Positions 28,301 to 37,542 are shown, numbered from the stretch's first letter. The stretch: DNA of 64,000 bases from Acidobacteriota bacterium (GCA_031395565.1 JANNUT010000137.1:11252-75251); one strand, 5' to 3'. Notes: generated from the letters alone by a model not told the origin. Program-made: numbers and translations.

Positions 28301-31300
28301 TTGAAATCTGTGCTGCGACGAGATCCGACGCGACGATCTGGGCGTGAACGCCATCTTCTGCCAGATAGAGGTGCTGGATCGCGCGGAACGCAGATCCATA
28401 GTCGTAGCCGCGTTCCCGTAGCGTTTCGTAGAAGTCGTCGGCGTGTGACACGCTGGTTGGAGGATCGTCGACCTGGAGTGATGGCGAAGGCCACTCCAGG
28501 CTTGCTGGCACCTGGTCGATGCAAGCCGTGGCGTGCCGTGACCATGCGAGGCGATTGGCGTCCGTCGGGGCGCTAGCGGTCAACTCGAGAGTATTGGCGT
28601 CGTACTCCAAACGCAGGCTGCGAGAATTCACTTGATCAAGCGGCAGCAAACGATCGAAGCAGATTTCTCTGAGGCAGAGCGGCGTGGACTTCCCCTGAAT
28701 CTCCTCAGCAGCGCTGAGGAAAGCCTCGACATAGCCGGCAGCCGGGAACACCGGCGCTCCGCCGACACGATGATCACTCAGAAACGCGCAGTCCTCGACA
28801 TCGAGATCAACCTCCCAAGTCGGCCGTGGAGCGCCGAGACGAGGGCCGAGAAATGGTCTTCCCAATGGTCCACAACGCTCAGCGAGAGAGATTGGCGACT
28901 CGGACCAGAGGCTCTGACGTTGCCACGGATATCGGGGCAACCTAACCGCGCGTCCAGTGTAGGGAGTCAAGCGCGGCCATTCGAGTTCGATGCCTGCCGC
29001 ATGCAACACCGATGCCGCGAGGAGCATCGTGCGCTGCTCCGCGGCGTCGCGCTGGAGCGAGCAGGTAACCGTGATATCCGTGTTGACCGCCGCCGCTGCC
29101 GACCGCAGCGCTGACGAAAGCACCGGGTGCGGTCCTACCTGGACAAACAAACGGTGATCCGAGTCGATCAGTGACTCCGCCGCCAAAGCGAACTGCACAG
29201 GCCGGCGTAGGTTCTGCCACCAATAGGCCGCGTCGAGTTGCGGCGCTTCTAGGAGAGCACCGCTGACTGTCGAATAGAACGAGATATCGGTTCGATGAGG
29301 GCGAATCTCGGCAAGAGCTGCGAGCACTCCGTCCCTCAAGGGATCGAGCACCCCGCTGTGATAAGGGATCTCGACACGCAACGGCGTGAATTCCACACCG
29401 CGTTGCTCGAGCCAGGCGGCGAACACGGCCAGCGGCGCTGTAGATCCGGCGAGAGTCGTCTGTTCGCTCGCGTTGATCGCTGCGATGGAGACTCCCTCGA
29501 AACCTACGAGCCATTCGGCGACTTCGTCTGCGCTAGCTGCCACAGCGAGCATGCCGCCCTGACCCGCAACCTGCGCCAAAGCGTGACTTCGGTGGTAGAC
29601 CACGCGCACCGTGTCGGCCATCGACAGCGCGCCGCAGGCGTACGCGGCGGCGATCTCGCCCACGCTGTGACCAACCACCGAATCCGGTCGGACTCCCCAA
29701 GAGCGCCAAAGATCCGTGAGCGCCACTTGGAGCATCACGTTCGTGGTTTGGGCGACGAGTGTCTCGGACATGCGGTTGGTTGGTCCGTCAGTGAGCCAGC
29801 AGGCAAGCGGCGAGAAACCAGTGTTCAGTCTGAATTGCTCGTCGAGCCGTTCGATCGCCCTGGCGAAGACCGGTTCGCGGCGCATAAGTTCACGACCCAT
29901 GCCTGGCCACTGCGGACCCATCCCGGTGTACACGAAGACGAGCCGTGGGCGCCGAGGGAGGCGCCCGGCCGAGAGTGGTTCCGTCACTGGCTCACCGCTG
30001 CTCAGCCGATCCAGCTTCTCTACGACCTCCCCGATCGAGTCAGCGACCAATGCCGCTCTCGCATCGTGCAGGTCACGACGACTGGAAAGCGCATGCGCCA
30101 CATCGGAAAGATGAGGCGCGTTGGTCGCACTTTTCAACTGGGCGGACAATTCCGCCGCGAATGCTCGCAGCGCTGGTTCCGTCTTGGCGGAGATGGGACA
30201 CAGATACGAGCGTTCCTCGTCAGTCGTCTCATCATGCGCGACAGCAGGTTGGTGCGACACCTGACTGAGAACTGCGTGCGCGTTGGTTCCACCGAAGCCG
30301 AAAGCGTTGACGCATGCAATACGCGTACGGCTCGCTGGCAACCATTGCTCGAGTCGGCGCGGGATCGCAAGCGGCAATTGATCGAGTCCCAGCGCCTTGT
30401 TGACATCGAGCAACTGTGGCTGCGGCGGGATCTGGCCGTGAAACACGCAGAGCGTGGCTTTGATCAAGCCTGCGATTCCTGCCGCCCCTTCAAGATGGCC
30501 GATGTTCGCTTTCACAGAACCAAGCCAGACTGGAACGTCGCGCTGAAGCGGTGAGCCGAGAATGGCGCCGATCGATCGCACTTCAATCGGGTCGCCGGCC
30601 GGCGTGCCAGTGCCATGTGCTTCGACGTAGCCGACTTCGCTGGGACGAACCCCTGCGCGGGCCAGAGCGCGGAGCATAACGTGACGCTTGCCGGTTGGAC
30701 TAGGGACGGAGATACCATCCGGTGTGTACCCATCTTGGTTCACGGCGCTGCCGCGAATTAGCGCATACACCTCAAGCCCCGCCTTCTCGGCAACCGAAAG
30801 CGGGCAAAGCACAACCACAGCTGCCCCTTCGCCGCGGCCGTAGCCATTAGCTCGCGCGTCGAAAGCCTTGCTGATCCCGTCGGGGGCGAGCATGCCTGCT
30901 TTGCAGAGCGTAACGAAGAAGTCCGGGCTGAGCATGACATTCACGCCGCCAACGATGGCGAACTGGCACTCGCCAGCCTCGAGCGACAGACATGCGTAGT
31001 GCGTCGCGACGAGCGACGACGAGCAGGCCGTGTCAATGCTCAGCGCGGGCCCACGCAGATCGAATGCGTGGGATAGGCGAGCGGCCAGCATCGTCAGACA
31101 CGAACCGCTAGCGGTGTGAACGTCGATGAGTCGGCGATTCGCGCCACCTACCATGGTGTGTGCATGGTCGATCAAGAAGCCACCTACGAAGACACCCGTA
31201 TCGCTTCCTCGGAGGCGTCCTAAAGGTATCCCAGCATCTTCGAACGCCTCCCAGGTCACCTCGAGAAGAAGCCGCTGCTGTGGGTCGAGCCGCGCAGCTT

Positions 31301-31580
31301 CTCGTGGTGACATACCGAAAAAAGGTGCATCGAACCCGTCCAACGGCTGATCCAGAAAACTGCCGCGTTTCACGTAGGACTTCCCAGGACGGCTTGTATC
31401 GGACGCAACGTGCCGTTCCGCGTTCCATCGATCCGACGGAACGTCGCGGACAGCGACAGCACCGTCGCACAAGTAACGCCAGAATTCGGCCGGGGACGTG
31501 ATGCCGTTAGGAAAACGACATCCGATTCCGACCAGCGCAATCGGCTCGCGGGCTGGATGGCGTTCAGCGCTCAACCGCAC
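25338..31580 (-). CDS. Single-module type I polyketide synthase KS-AT-DH-(long linker)-KR-ACP
   Basis: 2080-aa ORF. EPIALVGIGCRFPNG; SIDTACSSSL (Cys ~31023-31025); VVGHSVGEIAAAYA (~29655-29678); LSDHRVGGAPVFPAAGY (~28741-28785); FVITGGLGGFGLATAEWLIARGARHIALLGR (~26400-26440); LDQLGFDSLTTVEL (Ser ~25497-25499). No TE, ER or loading domain is recognised. Confidence 0.92.
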   Translation of the reverse strand: MRLSAERHPAREPIALVGIGCRFPNGITSPAEFWRYLCDGAVAVRDVPSDRWNAERHVASDTSRPGKSYVKRGSFLDQPLDGFDAPFFGMSPREAARLDPQQRLLLEVTWEAFEDAGIPLGRLRGSDTGVFVGGFLIDHAHTMVGGANRRLIDVHTASGSCLTMLAARLSHAFDLRGPALSIDTACSSSLVATHYACLSLEAGECQFAIVGGVNVMLSPDFFVTLCKAGMLAPDGISKAFDARANGYGRGEGAAVVVLCPLSVAEKAGLEVYALIRGSAVNQDGYTPDGISVPSPTGKRHVMLRALARAGVRPSEVGYVEAHGTGTPAGDPIEVRSIGAILGSPLQRDVPVWLGSVKANIGHLEGAAGIAGLIKATLCVFHGQIPPQPQLLDVNKALGLDQLPLAIPRRLEQWLPASRTRIACVNAFGFGGTNAHAVLSQVSHQPAVAHDETTDEERSYLCPISAKTEPALRAFAAELSAQLKSATNAPHLSDVAHALSSRRDLHDARAALVADSIGEVVEKLDRLSSGEPVTEPLSAGRLPRRPRLVFVYTGMGPQWPGMGRELMRREPVFARAIERLDEQFRLNTGFSPLACWLTDGPTNRMSETLVAQTTNVMLQVALTDLWRSWGVRPDSVVGHSVGEIAAAYACGALSMADTVRVVYHRSHALAQVAGQGGMLAVAASADEVAEWLVGFEGVSIAAINASEQTTLAGSTAPLAVFAAWLEQRGVEFTPLRVEIPYHSGVLDPLRDGVLAALAEIRPHRTDISFYSTVSGALLEAPQLDAAYWWQNLRRPVQFALAAESLIDSDHRLFVQVGPHPVLSSALRSAAAAVNTDITVTCSLQRDAAEQRTMLLAASVLHAAGIELEWPRLTPYTGRAVRLPRYPWQRQSLWSESPISLAERCGPLGRPFLGPRLGAPRPTWEVDLDVEDCAFLSDHRVGGAPVFPAAGYVEAFLSAAEEIQGKSTPLCLREICFDRLLPLDQVNSRSLRLEYDANTLELTASAPTDANRLAWSRHATACIDQVPASLEWPSPSLQVDDPPTSVSHADDFYETLRERGYDYGSAFRAIQHLYLAEDGVHAQIVASDLVAAQISKHCFHPALLDACLHAMLALIPVDPIVPDRRTFLPIAIERLYWLRSPSAVLECHAWIEPHDDDEFRGALVVHDDKGRPVLAAHGVRARAMPLDHSDDSTTVEALTFDWEAWTPSPRRVASDDRTWLILDQGDSWSTSLASALLATGRPTVRCSVAEPWQDDEDGWVAQLTQCDVVGKRLAGVVVNTVSHDTEMMFEVDALGDRASRAVAQVNALYRAIARESSGFGTPRVHILTRASVSVDDDDDVLDPMGAALWGLGRVAYHELGELHTTLIDLPAGSNHESAIAVASVLGSDTEEEELALRSAGWFVHRVDHVDLEQIAPSWRPAVADSDSNWGWIVGSDGEALRAEFIPRPSAAGDERLIRLEAALTQPVTRDRPSRPGNPVLAFLGVGREIEPPHFPVLVRGPFSAQAQVAARAHLIAALPPHLGLVEAASALPWLRASALWQRLIPLREGMSIWMVQPESSFAQTILRAAARLGARVLVFGPKTLNCGHTVCDPEIAGVFARQSPPEVLVLCGSEDGVEWEQYLPADGWWVDARDDAPQLTRRRQDAGRHHRRLRFGPTALADWPAATLVEFVSAAGALATSSTIDEELEDARVLRFDLPPEPCLTRNRPSVRGDATFVITGGLGGFGLATAEWLIARGARHIALLGRHGADDLARQRAVASLRQHGTTVDVLTCDVRTLSDLQGSLDWLRTHRPPIRGVVHAANDPFVAGERGLMQQVESDLLTSLMAAKLQGAWNLHRATRHDPIELFLLYSSMAAMFGITGAAPYVAANGFLDGLAGYRRGRGLPGLSIQWGAVSDVGVLLRHPELAEYNDSLGLLPRPVRRLLQALDQAILGGETVIALTRIDWTAFAGAHPASASSPRCSRLPAAAIALERRFTIRATIAALRSMPISERRQFVQQHTREAIAQLTDSDLESIADNLPLDQLGFDSLTTVELQLELQRRFGVRIPLVGLLRGATVETLAEALGEHLTAPTHTPAPRRV

Positions 31581-32670
31581 CTCCTCGCTGGTTGCTCACC
31601 TCGCGTAGCCGGAACGACGACCCTGGCGTTATCGGGCTCGGACCTGGGGCTGCGTGGATGTCAAGGTGCGCCAAAGCACGTTCGATGGTTGCCTGCGATA
31701 CGGGGCCTGAGAACAGCCTGAGCACTCGACCGTTGGCATCGAGCAACAGCGTTGTTGGCAGTGGCAACGAAGCTTCTCCAAAGAAGCGTTGAACAAGCGG
31801 GAAGATCGATTCACCTGTCGCCCGTACGACCTCATATCTCGCTCCTCGCGCCTTCGCCCACAATTGCGCGGTCGCTTGGTCGTCGAGCGCAACACCGATT
31901 ACTCGGAGTTGCGGCGAGAACTTCGCGTGTAGTTCGTTGAGAGTCGCTACTTCCTTCGCGCATCCGGGACACCATGACGCCGAGAGCGCAACCAGTGTGG
32001 GAACTCCTGGTGAGGGGTGCCACGGTGTACCCGAGAGCGTCCACCCAGTCCAAGGCGTCGCACTGGTCGATATCGACTTCCCTCGAACCGTCCGTGAACC
32101 TCGTAGGCGGCGTGTGCTCAACCGGCCTTCGCCCTCGAGGATCTCCACGACAGCATTAGGTCCGATCTCGGTGAATCGCTCTGTCAGTCCGGAAGGCCAC
32201 CGAATTTTCAACTCATCGACCAGCTGTGCGCGCCCCAATCCGAAGTGGAGTGTTGCCTCGGATTGGCCCTGAAACCCTGATCCAGCGCTTCGCACACGCG
32301 TCTGTGTGATCGAGCCGGTACGAACCGAGACGATCGCACCGACGGCATCACGGTTGCTCTTCGTTCCGATCAACTTCACGCGCAGCGTTGGTACCTCTGA
32401 GCCGATCTCATTGTGGAAAACACTGATCTTGCGACGCGCCACACTGCGGACGACCAGGTCGAGCCCACCATCTTCATCGAGATCCAAGACCGCAACACCT
32501 CTGCCTTCCAAATCGACATCGATACCCATCGCATACCCAGTCTCAACGAACTGTCGTCCGCCCAAATTCAGGAACAAGCAGTTCCGTTCGTGGGCGTTGA
32601 ACGAATAGTAGCGAAACAAATCACGGCTGCTCAGCAGTTGCAGATCAGACGGTTTCAATCGTTCGATCAA
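31564..32670 (-). CDS. C-terminal part of a CRTAC1/ASPIC-UnbV family protein fused to a TlpA-like thioredoxin domain (downstream fragment of a frameshifted gene)
   Basis: UnbV/ASPIC block RDAVGAIVSVRTGSITQTRVRSAGSGFQGQSEATLHFGLG...IRWPSG, then LVALSASWCPGCAKEV (WCPGC ~31958-31980). The listed start is TTG. The frame is open upstream to the stop of 32752-34482 (LYWRQVLALSPNTGESF...). Its 3' end overlaps the PKS start by 17 nt. Confidence 0.75.
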   Translation of the reverse strand: MIERLKPSDLQLLSSRDLFRYYSFNAHERNCLFLNLGGRQFVETGYAMGIDVDLEGRGVAVLDLDEDGGLDLVVRSVARRKISVFHNEIGSEVPTLRVKLIGTKSNRDAVGAIVSVRTGSITQTRVRSAGSGFQGQSEATLHFGLGRAQLVDELKIRWPSGLTERFTEIGPNAVVEILEGEGRLSTRRLRGSRTVRGKSISTSATPWTGWTLSGTPWHPSPGVPTLVALSASWCPGCAKEVATLNELHAKFSPQLRVIGVALDDQATAQLWAKARGARYEVVRATGESIFPLVQRFFGEASLPLPTTLLLDANGRVLRLFSGPVSQATIERALAHLDIHAAPGPSPITPGSSFRLREVSNQRGGAVER

Positions 32671-32751
32671 CCGCTTCGCGGCCGTCTGGCGGTCTGGGAA
32701 TGACTCTCCTGTGTTCGGCGAGAGCGCCAGGACCTGGCGCCAGTAAAGGGG

Positions 32752-34482
32752 TCAGGCATCTTCCTCAAACTCTCCGGCCCAGAATCCGTTGGCCACATGG
32801 ATGTCCAGCCAGCCATCGTTGTCCACGTCAAGGAAGTTCGAGCCCCAAGCCCATCCAGCGACGTTCACGCCGAGGCTGCGTCCAGTTTCTTGGAAGCGAC
32901 CGCCACCCTTGTTGCGATAAAGCGTGTTCCCGAGTGCACCCCATTGAAGCTTGCGAACCGTATCCGGATCGACGCCTCTGGCAAGCGGAAGCAATTGGTT
33001 GCCCGTCTTCGAATACATGTTCGAGACATACATGTCTAGAAACCCATCGTTGTCGTAATCGCCCCAGTCGGCACTCATCCCGTTGGCGGGGTCTGCGACT
33101 CCAAGAGCGGTCGCGACCTCCTCGAACGACCCATTGCCGCGATTGCGGTACAAAGCGTCGTCCGAGAAGTCATTGGCCACGAACAAGTCCTGATCACCGT
33201 CGAGGTCGAAGTCGGCCCACGCGGAAGCTAAGGCCCAGCCGTCGCCTCCAACCCCAGCAGCCTCGGTTACGTCCTGGAACTGGAACTTACCGAGGTTCCG
33301 GAACAAGTGACTGCCAAACCCCGAGTGCGCATCGACAAAGCTGTGATACGGGATCAGATCCTTGTCCTGATAGTAGGTCACGTAGATGTCGAGCGAACCG
33401 TCTCCATCGTAGTCGGCGGCCGTCGCACCGGACGCAGGACCGATCGGATCGAACCTGGTGGCCATCCTCGTGAACCGACCATTGTTTTCGTTACGGAACA
33501 GAACGTGTTGATTGTCATGCGTGCGAACTGGTATCAGGGAATACGATGCATTCACTGCGAACAGATCCTGATCGCCATCGTTGTCAAAATCGGCCCAAAT
33601 CGCGCTTTGCCCATTGCCGCCACCAGCTACGCCAGCCTCGTCCGTGACATCCTCGAACTCGCCATCTCCGTCGTTGCGCAACAGCAAGTTCCGACCTGCA
33701 CGCGACACATAGATGTCTGAATCATCGTCGCCATCGTAATCACCCACAGAGACGCCGCCATAGAGCAACTGACCGAAGGCAAGGTCTCGATCGTCATAGC
33801 CTTCGTCGACCCAAGTCGTCGGAACGTTCGATCGCTCGGTCCAGTCGGCGAAGGCCGCCGCCGGTGCTCGGAACAGAGTGCGGGCTCCAAACGCCACGCG
33901 CTGGAAAACCCACGAGCCGTCGCTTTGCTCTTCCAACTCCGCCTTGACATCGCCACGCTGGGTAATGCGGGTCCCAGATGCGTCGAGGCCAGCCAGCCAC
34001 AGATGAAAAGAAGCACTCGCCCAACCTGGGGTTGTCTTGGACACGCTCAGTCTGAATGGTTTGAAGACACAGCGTTCAAGTGCGACCCATCCGGTCGTCA
34101 TCGACTGGAGCGCCAACAGGAACTCTCCCGAGGCTCCGTACTCGAGTGGCCGAGCTGGGGTGACGCGGTAAACCTCGCCCGCGCGTCCCTGTTGCAACAG
34201 TTGCCGGCGACCTGGTGCGAATCCCTGGATTCGCGCGTGAGGACTCAACGCGCGCAAGAGAGCGCCATCATCATCGTGACGAAGCCCGTCGCAAACCTGA
34301 TGCGAAGAAAGCTCCTTGATCGCTGTGGTGATCGTTTCGAGACGATTTAAGTCAAGCTCGAGCGATTCGGGTTGTCGCCACCCGCTCGCGGTCTTAGCGG
34401 GCGGGTCGGCGACAGAGGTGCGGAGCAGCATGAATGACACGAGGCACGAAGCCAACAGAAGTCCCGACCCTCGACGACGCAT
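32752..34482 (-). CDS. N-terminal FG-GAP/VCBS repeat part of a CRTAC1 family protein (upstream fragment of a frameshifted gene)
   Basis: 576-aa ORF with signal peptide. Repeated DYDGDDDSDIYV, ADFDNDGDQDLF, AADYDGDGSLDIYV, ADFDLDGDQDLFV, WGDYDNDGFLDMYV and FLDVDNDGWLDIHV, each followed by L.RN.G.G.F..V. Confidence 0.8.
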   Translation of the reverse strand: MRRRGSGLLLASCLVSFMLLRTSVADPPAKTASGWRQPESLELDLNRLETITTAIKELSSHQVCDGLRHDDDGALLRALSPHARIQGFAPGRRQLLQQGRAGEVYRVTPARPLEYGASGEFLLALQSMTTGWVALERCVFKPFRLSVSKTTPGWASASFHLWLAGLDASGTRITQRGDVKAELEEQSDGSWVFQRVAFGARTLFRAPAAAFADWTERSNVPTTWVDEGYDDRDLAFGQLLYGGVSVGDYDGDDDSDIYVSRAGRNLLLRNDGDGEFEDVTDEAGVAGGGNGQSAIWADFDNDGDQDLFAVNASYSLIPVRTHDNQHVLFRNENNGRFTRMATRFDPIGPASGATAADYDGDGSLDIYVTYYQDKDLIPYHSFVDAHSGFGSHLFRNLGKFQFQDVTEAAGVGGDGWALASAWADFDLDGDQDLFVANDFSDDALYRNRGNGSFEEVATALGVADPANGMSADWGDYDNDGFLDMYVSNMYSKTGNQLLPLARGVDPDTVRKLQWGALGNTLYRNKGGGRFQETGRSLGVNVAGWAWGSNFLDVDNDGWLDIHVANGFWAGEFEEDA

Positions 34483-34775
34483 CGCACACCTCGCCCGCTG
34501 GAATTCGCCAATGGCTCGTAAGGAAAACGCCAGCGACGAAGAGAAAAAGTATCAGTCCTTGCCCTCAACGGGTCTTCTTCAATGTTGCGCACTGCCATTA
34601 GCCGCTCGCGCAATTGCTGGAGTTCGGGGTGCATTGGCGAAGACGGCAAAGGCGGATAAGTCGCCACCCACTCGAACTGGTATCAACACGAACCACAACC
34701 AAAGTTACGCCAAATCGTCCGTGGAATTTAGCCGAAGGTCGGCCGGCACATTCAGGGTTGAAACAGGAGGCCCGC

Positions 34776-35861
34776 ATGCAACGAAACAGCCAGCACCGGT
34801 CGCTCGCGAGCGGCGTGTTGATCGCAATCTGCGTTCTTCTCGGGGGGTTCATTTGGTCCCAAGAGCGCAGTGATCCCGCCGCGCCAAAGACACCACAAAC
34901 CCAGTTCGATCAGCCCGCGTTTCCCGCGGAGACCAAACCAGACCCCGAGGGGAACCGTCGACCTGGGCAACCAGGACACTATGAGCATCTTGAGTGGACA
35001 GGAGAGTACCCTTCGCTCGCCACGATCAACGACATGAAGGTCCTGCGCTCTTTTGCGCCGCCGAGTGGTTTTATCGGCAACATGGCCTATGACACCGTCA
35101 GTAATCGTCTCTGGCTGGTCTCGCTTGGCCCGCCCACGAATAGTACTGGCCAGAGCATGCTCTACGAACTCGACCCCACGACGGGTAGAGTTTTGCGGCA
35201 GGCGAGCCTGCCGTTGCGTGGTGATTTGGCTGAGCCGGTCTACCTGAATGGCCATCTTTACCAAGGTGCCTACCACGAGTCGAGACTGTACAAGATCAAT
35301 ACTGCAATCGGCGCGAATTTTGGCAAGATTGACGCGGTCATTAAGCTGCCGACGATTAACGATCTCAAACTTGTCAACGAGCGTCACCAATACCCGTTCA
35401 TCGAGTTTGGTGGCGTGACTGTCACTCCCGAAAACAAGCTGATGATTCATGCCGATGACGTCGGCGAGTACATAACTATTGATCCGGTGACAGGCAATCT
35501 GCTCAATCGAGTACGCACGATCAAGGCGATGGGAGGTATCGAAGGGACCAAGGACAAGCAGGGGCGATTTCTTGTCGTCGGCAATTCCGACCCGCGTGGC
35601 GGCTATTGTGCGCTCTCATACCCGCCGAGTGTTAGCCGCAGTCCGCGGCAGAAAGACATTAGCTGGGCCTTGACCGATGGACGCACGGGCGAGGTATTGG
35701 CATCCCGGCGCGAGCAGAATTCGAAAGCCTATGCGAGCACTCTCGCACTGCGGCGGCATGACGAGGTTCCAGGGACGCCGTATGGTCGGTTCACACTCTT
35801 CGCGCTGGGGGAAGACGGAATACTCGAAATCGAGTGGACTCCAGGGCGAGATGAGTCGTAG
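34776..35861 (+). CDS. Membrane-anchored/secreted beta-propeller, glutaminyl-cyclase-like (tentative), family Q copy 1
   Basis: ATG at 34776 with AGGAGG 7 nt upstream; TM segment GVLIAICVLLGGFIW. GNMAYDTVSNRLWLVSLGPPTNSTGQSMLYELDPTTGRVL... and C-terminal YGRFTLFALGEDGILEIEWTPG. Paralogue of 42106-43137. Confidence 0.55.
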   Translation: MQRNSQHRSLASGVLIAICVLLGGFIWSQERSDPAAPKTPQTQFDQPAFPAETKPDPEGNRRPGQPGHYEHLEWTGEYPSLATINDMKVLRSFAPPSGFIGNMAYDTVSNRLWLVSLGPPTNSTGQSMLYELDPTTGRVLRQASLPLRGDLAEPVYLNGHLYQGAYHESRLYKINTAIGANFGKIDAVIKLPTINDLKLVNERHQYPFIEFGGVTVTPENKLMIHADDVGEYITIDPVTGNLLNRVRTIKAMGGIEGTKDKQGRFLVVGNSDPRGGYCALSYPPSVSRSPRQKDISWALTDGRTGEVLASRREQNSKAYASTLALRRHDEVPGTPYGRFTLFALGEDGILEIEWTPGRDES

Positions 35862-37542
35862 GCCACATCGGACCTTTCTCAGTGTTGTGGAGGAATGGCT
35901 ACGAACCAACGCCTCACGTCGTGGCCTTGCGCTTGCGGCCACGCTTCTAATTGCCTCGTGGGCCGCATTCACAGAGAGTGGCTTGATTGGGCGTGAGATG
36001 GCGGTCACGCGTCACCTGCAGGATGGCGAAGAATACCGAATGCCGCTGTCGGCGCTGCTTGACCATGGGCAGCGATTATTCAGCGCCAAGTGGACCGTGC
36101 AAGACGGAGGTGGGCGGCCAGAAACCAATGGAATCGGCGAAGCTCTGACCGACCCCTCCCGCCCACTTCTATTCCCGCGTAACTTCAACCGAGTGTCTGG
36201 ACCAGATTCCAACGCTTGTGCGGCCTGTCACAACTCACCGCACAACTGGACTGGTGGCAATGGCGACTTCGTGGCGGTGACATTCGTCCAGGCACAACGC
36301 TTCGATGATGTCGACTTTGACGCCCAAAATGCCTTACCGTTGCGCGGGTCACGCGATGAACTTGGTGCAGCCGTGACACTGGCTTCGGCGGGTAACGCGC
36401 GGCGATCGATCGGAATGTTCGGTTCCGGATATGTCGAACTGCTCGCCCGACAAATGACGACCGAGCTCCAGCGGCAGCGTGACACACTCCAACCAGGTCA
36501 ATCGCGCGAGCTCATCGTTCGCGGTGTCTCATTCGGGCGCTTGAAACGGATTATCGACGGACGATGGGATGTGCACGAGGTCGAGGGGTTGCCGGCAGCG
36601 AGTACTGCCACCTTCGGATCCGAGGATCCGCCATCGCTGTTGATTCAGCCGTTCTCGCAAGCGGGCGCTTTTTCGTCGCTGCGACTATTCACCGACAATG
36701 CGCTCAATCACCACCATGGGATTCAGGCTTCGGAGCGGTTCGGGAAGGGTCGTGACCCGGATGGAGATGGGTTCGTCGATGAAGTTTCCAGAGCTGATGT
36801 CACCGCGCTCGTACTGTTCCAAGCGACTTTGCCTGTTCCTGGGCAGGTCATCCCTCATGATTCCGCGCACGAGAACGCGATCGCTCTCGGTGAGGCGCGT
36901 TTCAAGCTGGTCGGTTGCGTAGACTGTCACCGCCCATCCCTGGAACTCGATGAGGCCCGCGCTCTTTTCATCGAGCCCGGCCCTCACAACCCACGGCGCA
37001 CACTTCGTCGTGGAGAAGCCCCTCCTGTCGCCGTAGACCTAGCCGATCCTGCACTCCCTCTGCCACGGCTCCAGTCAAGTGGAGGTCGGCTGCGCGTACC
37101 GCTTTACTCTGATCTCAAGTTGCATGACATCACCAATGGCCCAGCCGACCCCAATCGTGAACCGATCGACATGCAGCAAGTCCAAGGAACAGCCGGTTTC
37201 TTCGGCGGAAATTCGCGATTTCTTACGCGGCCACTATGGGGGGTCGGGAATCAATCCCCGTATTTCCACCACGGGCGATTCACAACGCTTCGCGAGGCCA
37301 TCGAGGCGCACGCTGGTGAAGCGCAAACTACTATGAGCCGCTTTCGCGCGCTCCCGGCGAGTGAGCGGGACGCCGTGATCGAATTCCTCAAGTCACTCCA
37401 AGTTTTACCGGCAGGAGTGAAGACAACCGTAGTCGACGAGAACTATCAGCTTCGCAGCTGGGATCGTTCGGCGCTTGTATCGACAACTGACTGTTCGATC
37501 GCTCCAGCACACTGCGCAAAGCTGGAGAAGAGATCCGACTGA
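35851..37542 (+). CDS. DUF1111-type di-haem oxidoreductase (putative peroxidase)
   Basis: Two CxxCH sites: CAACH at 36217-36231 and CVDCH at 36916-36930. RPLWGVGNQSPYFHHGRFTTLREAIEAHAGEA matches the conserved C-terminal block of the DUF1111 family. I prefer the ATG at 35851, which overlaps the upstream stop by 11 nt and is followed by a signal/TM segment. Confidence 0.7.
   Translation: MSRRPHRTFLSVVEEWLRTNASRRGLALAATLLIASWAAFTESGLIGREMAVTRHLQDGEEYRMPLSALLDHGQRLFSAKWTVQDGGGRPETNGIGEALTDPSRPLLFPRNFNRVSGPDSNACAACHNSPHNWTGGNGDFVAVTFVQAQRFDDVDFDAQNALPLRGSRDELGAAVTLASAGNARRSIGMFGSGYVELLARQMTTELQRQRDTLQPGQSRELIVRGVSFGRLKRIIDGRWDVHEVEGLPAASTATFGSEDPPSLLIQPFSQAGAFSSLRLFTDNALNHHHGIQASERFGKGRDPDGDGFVDEVSRADVTALVLFQATLPVPGQVIPHDSAHENAIALGEARFKLVGCVDCHRPSLELDEARALFIEPGPHNPRRTLRRGEAPPVAVDLADPALPLPRLQSSGGRLRVPLYSDLKLHDITNGPADPNREPIDMQQVQGTAGFFGGNSRFLTRPLWGVGNQSPYFHHGRFTTLREAIEAHAGEAQTTMSRFRALPASERDAVIEFLKSLQVLPAGVKTTVVDENYQLRSWDRSALVSTTDCSIAPAHCAKLEKRSD

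Noticed and set aside
29295-30554. 419-aa plus-strand ORF, and other plus-strand ORFs between 25349 and 31501
   Set aside because: It lies antisense to the PKS gene, whose KS/AT/DH/KR/ACP motifs are unambiguous. It is Arg/Ala/Pro-rich with low complexity, typical of shadow ORFs in GC-rich DNA.
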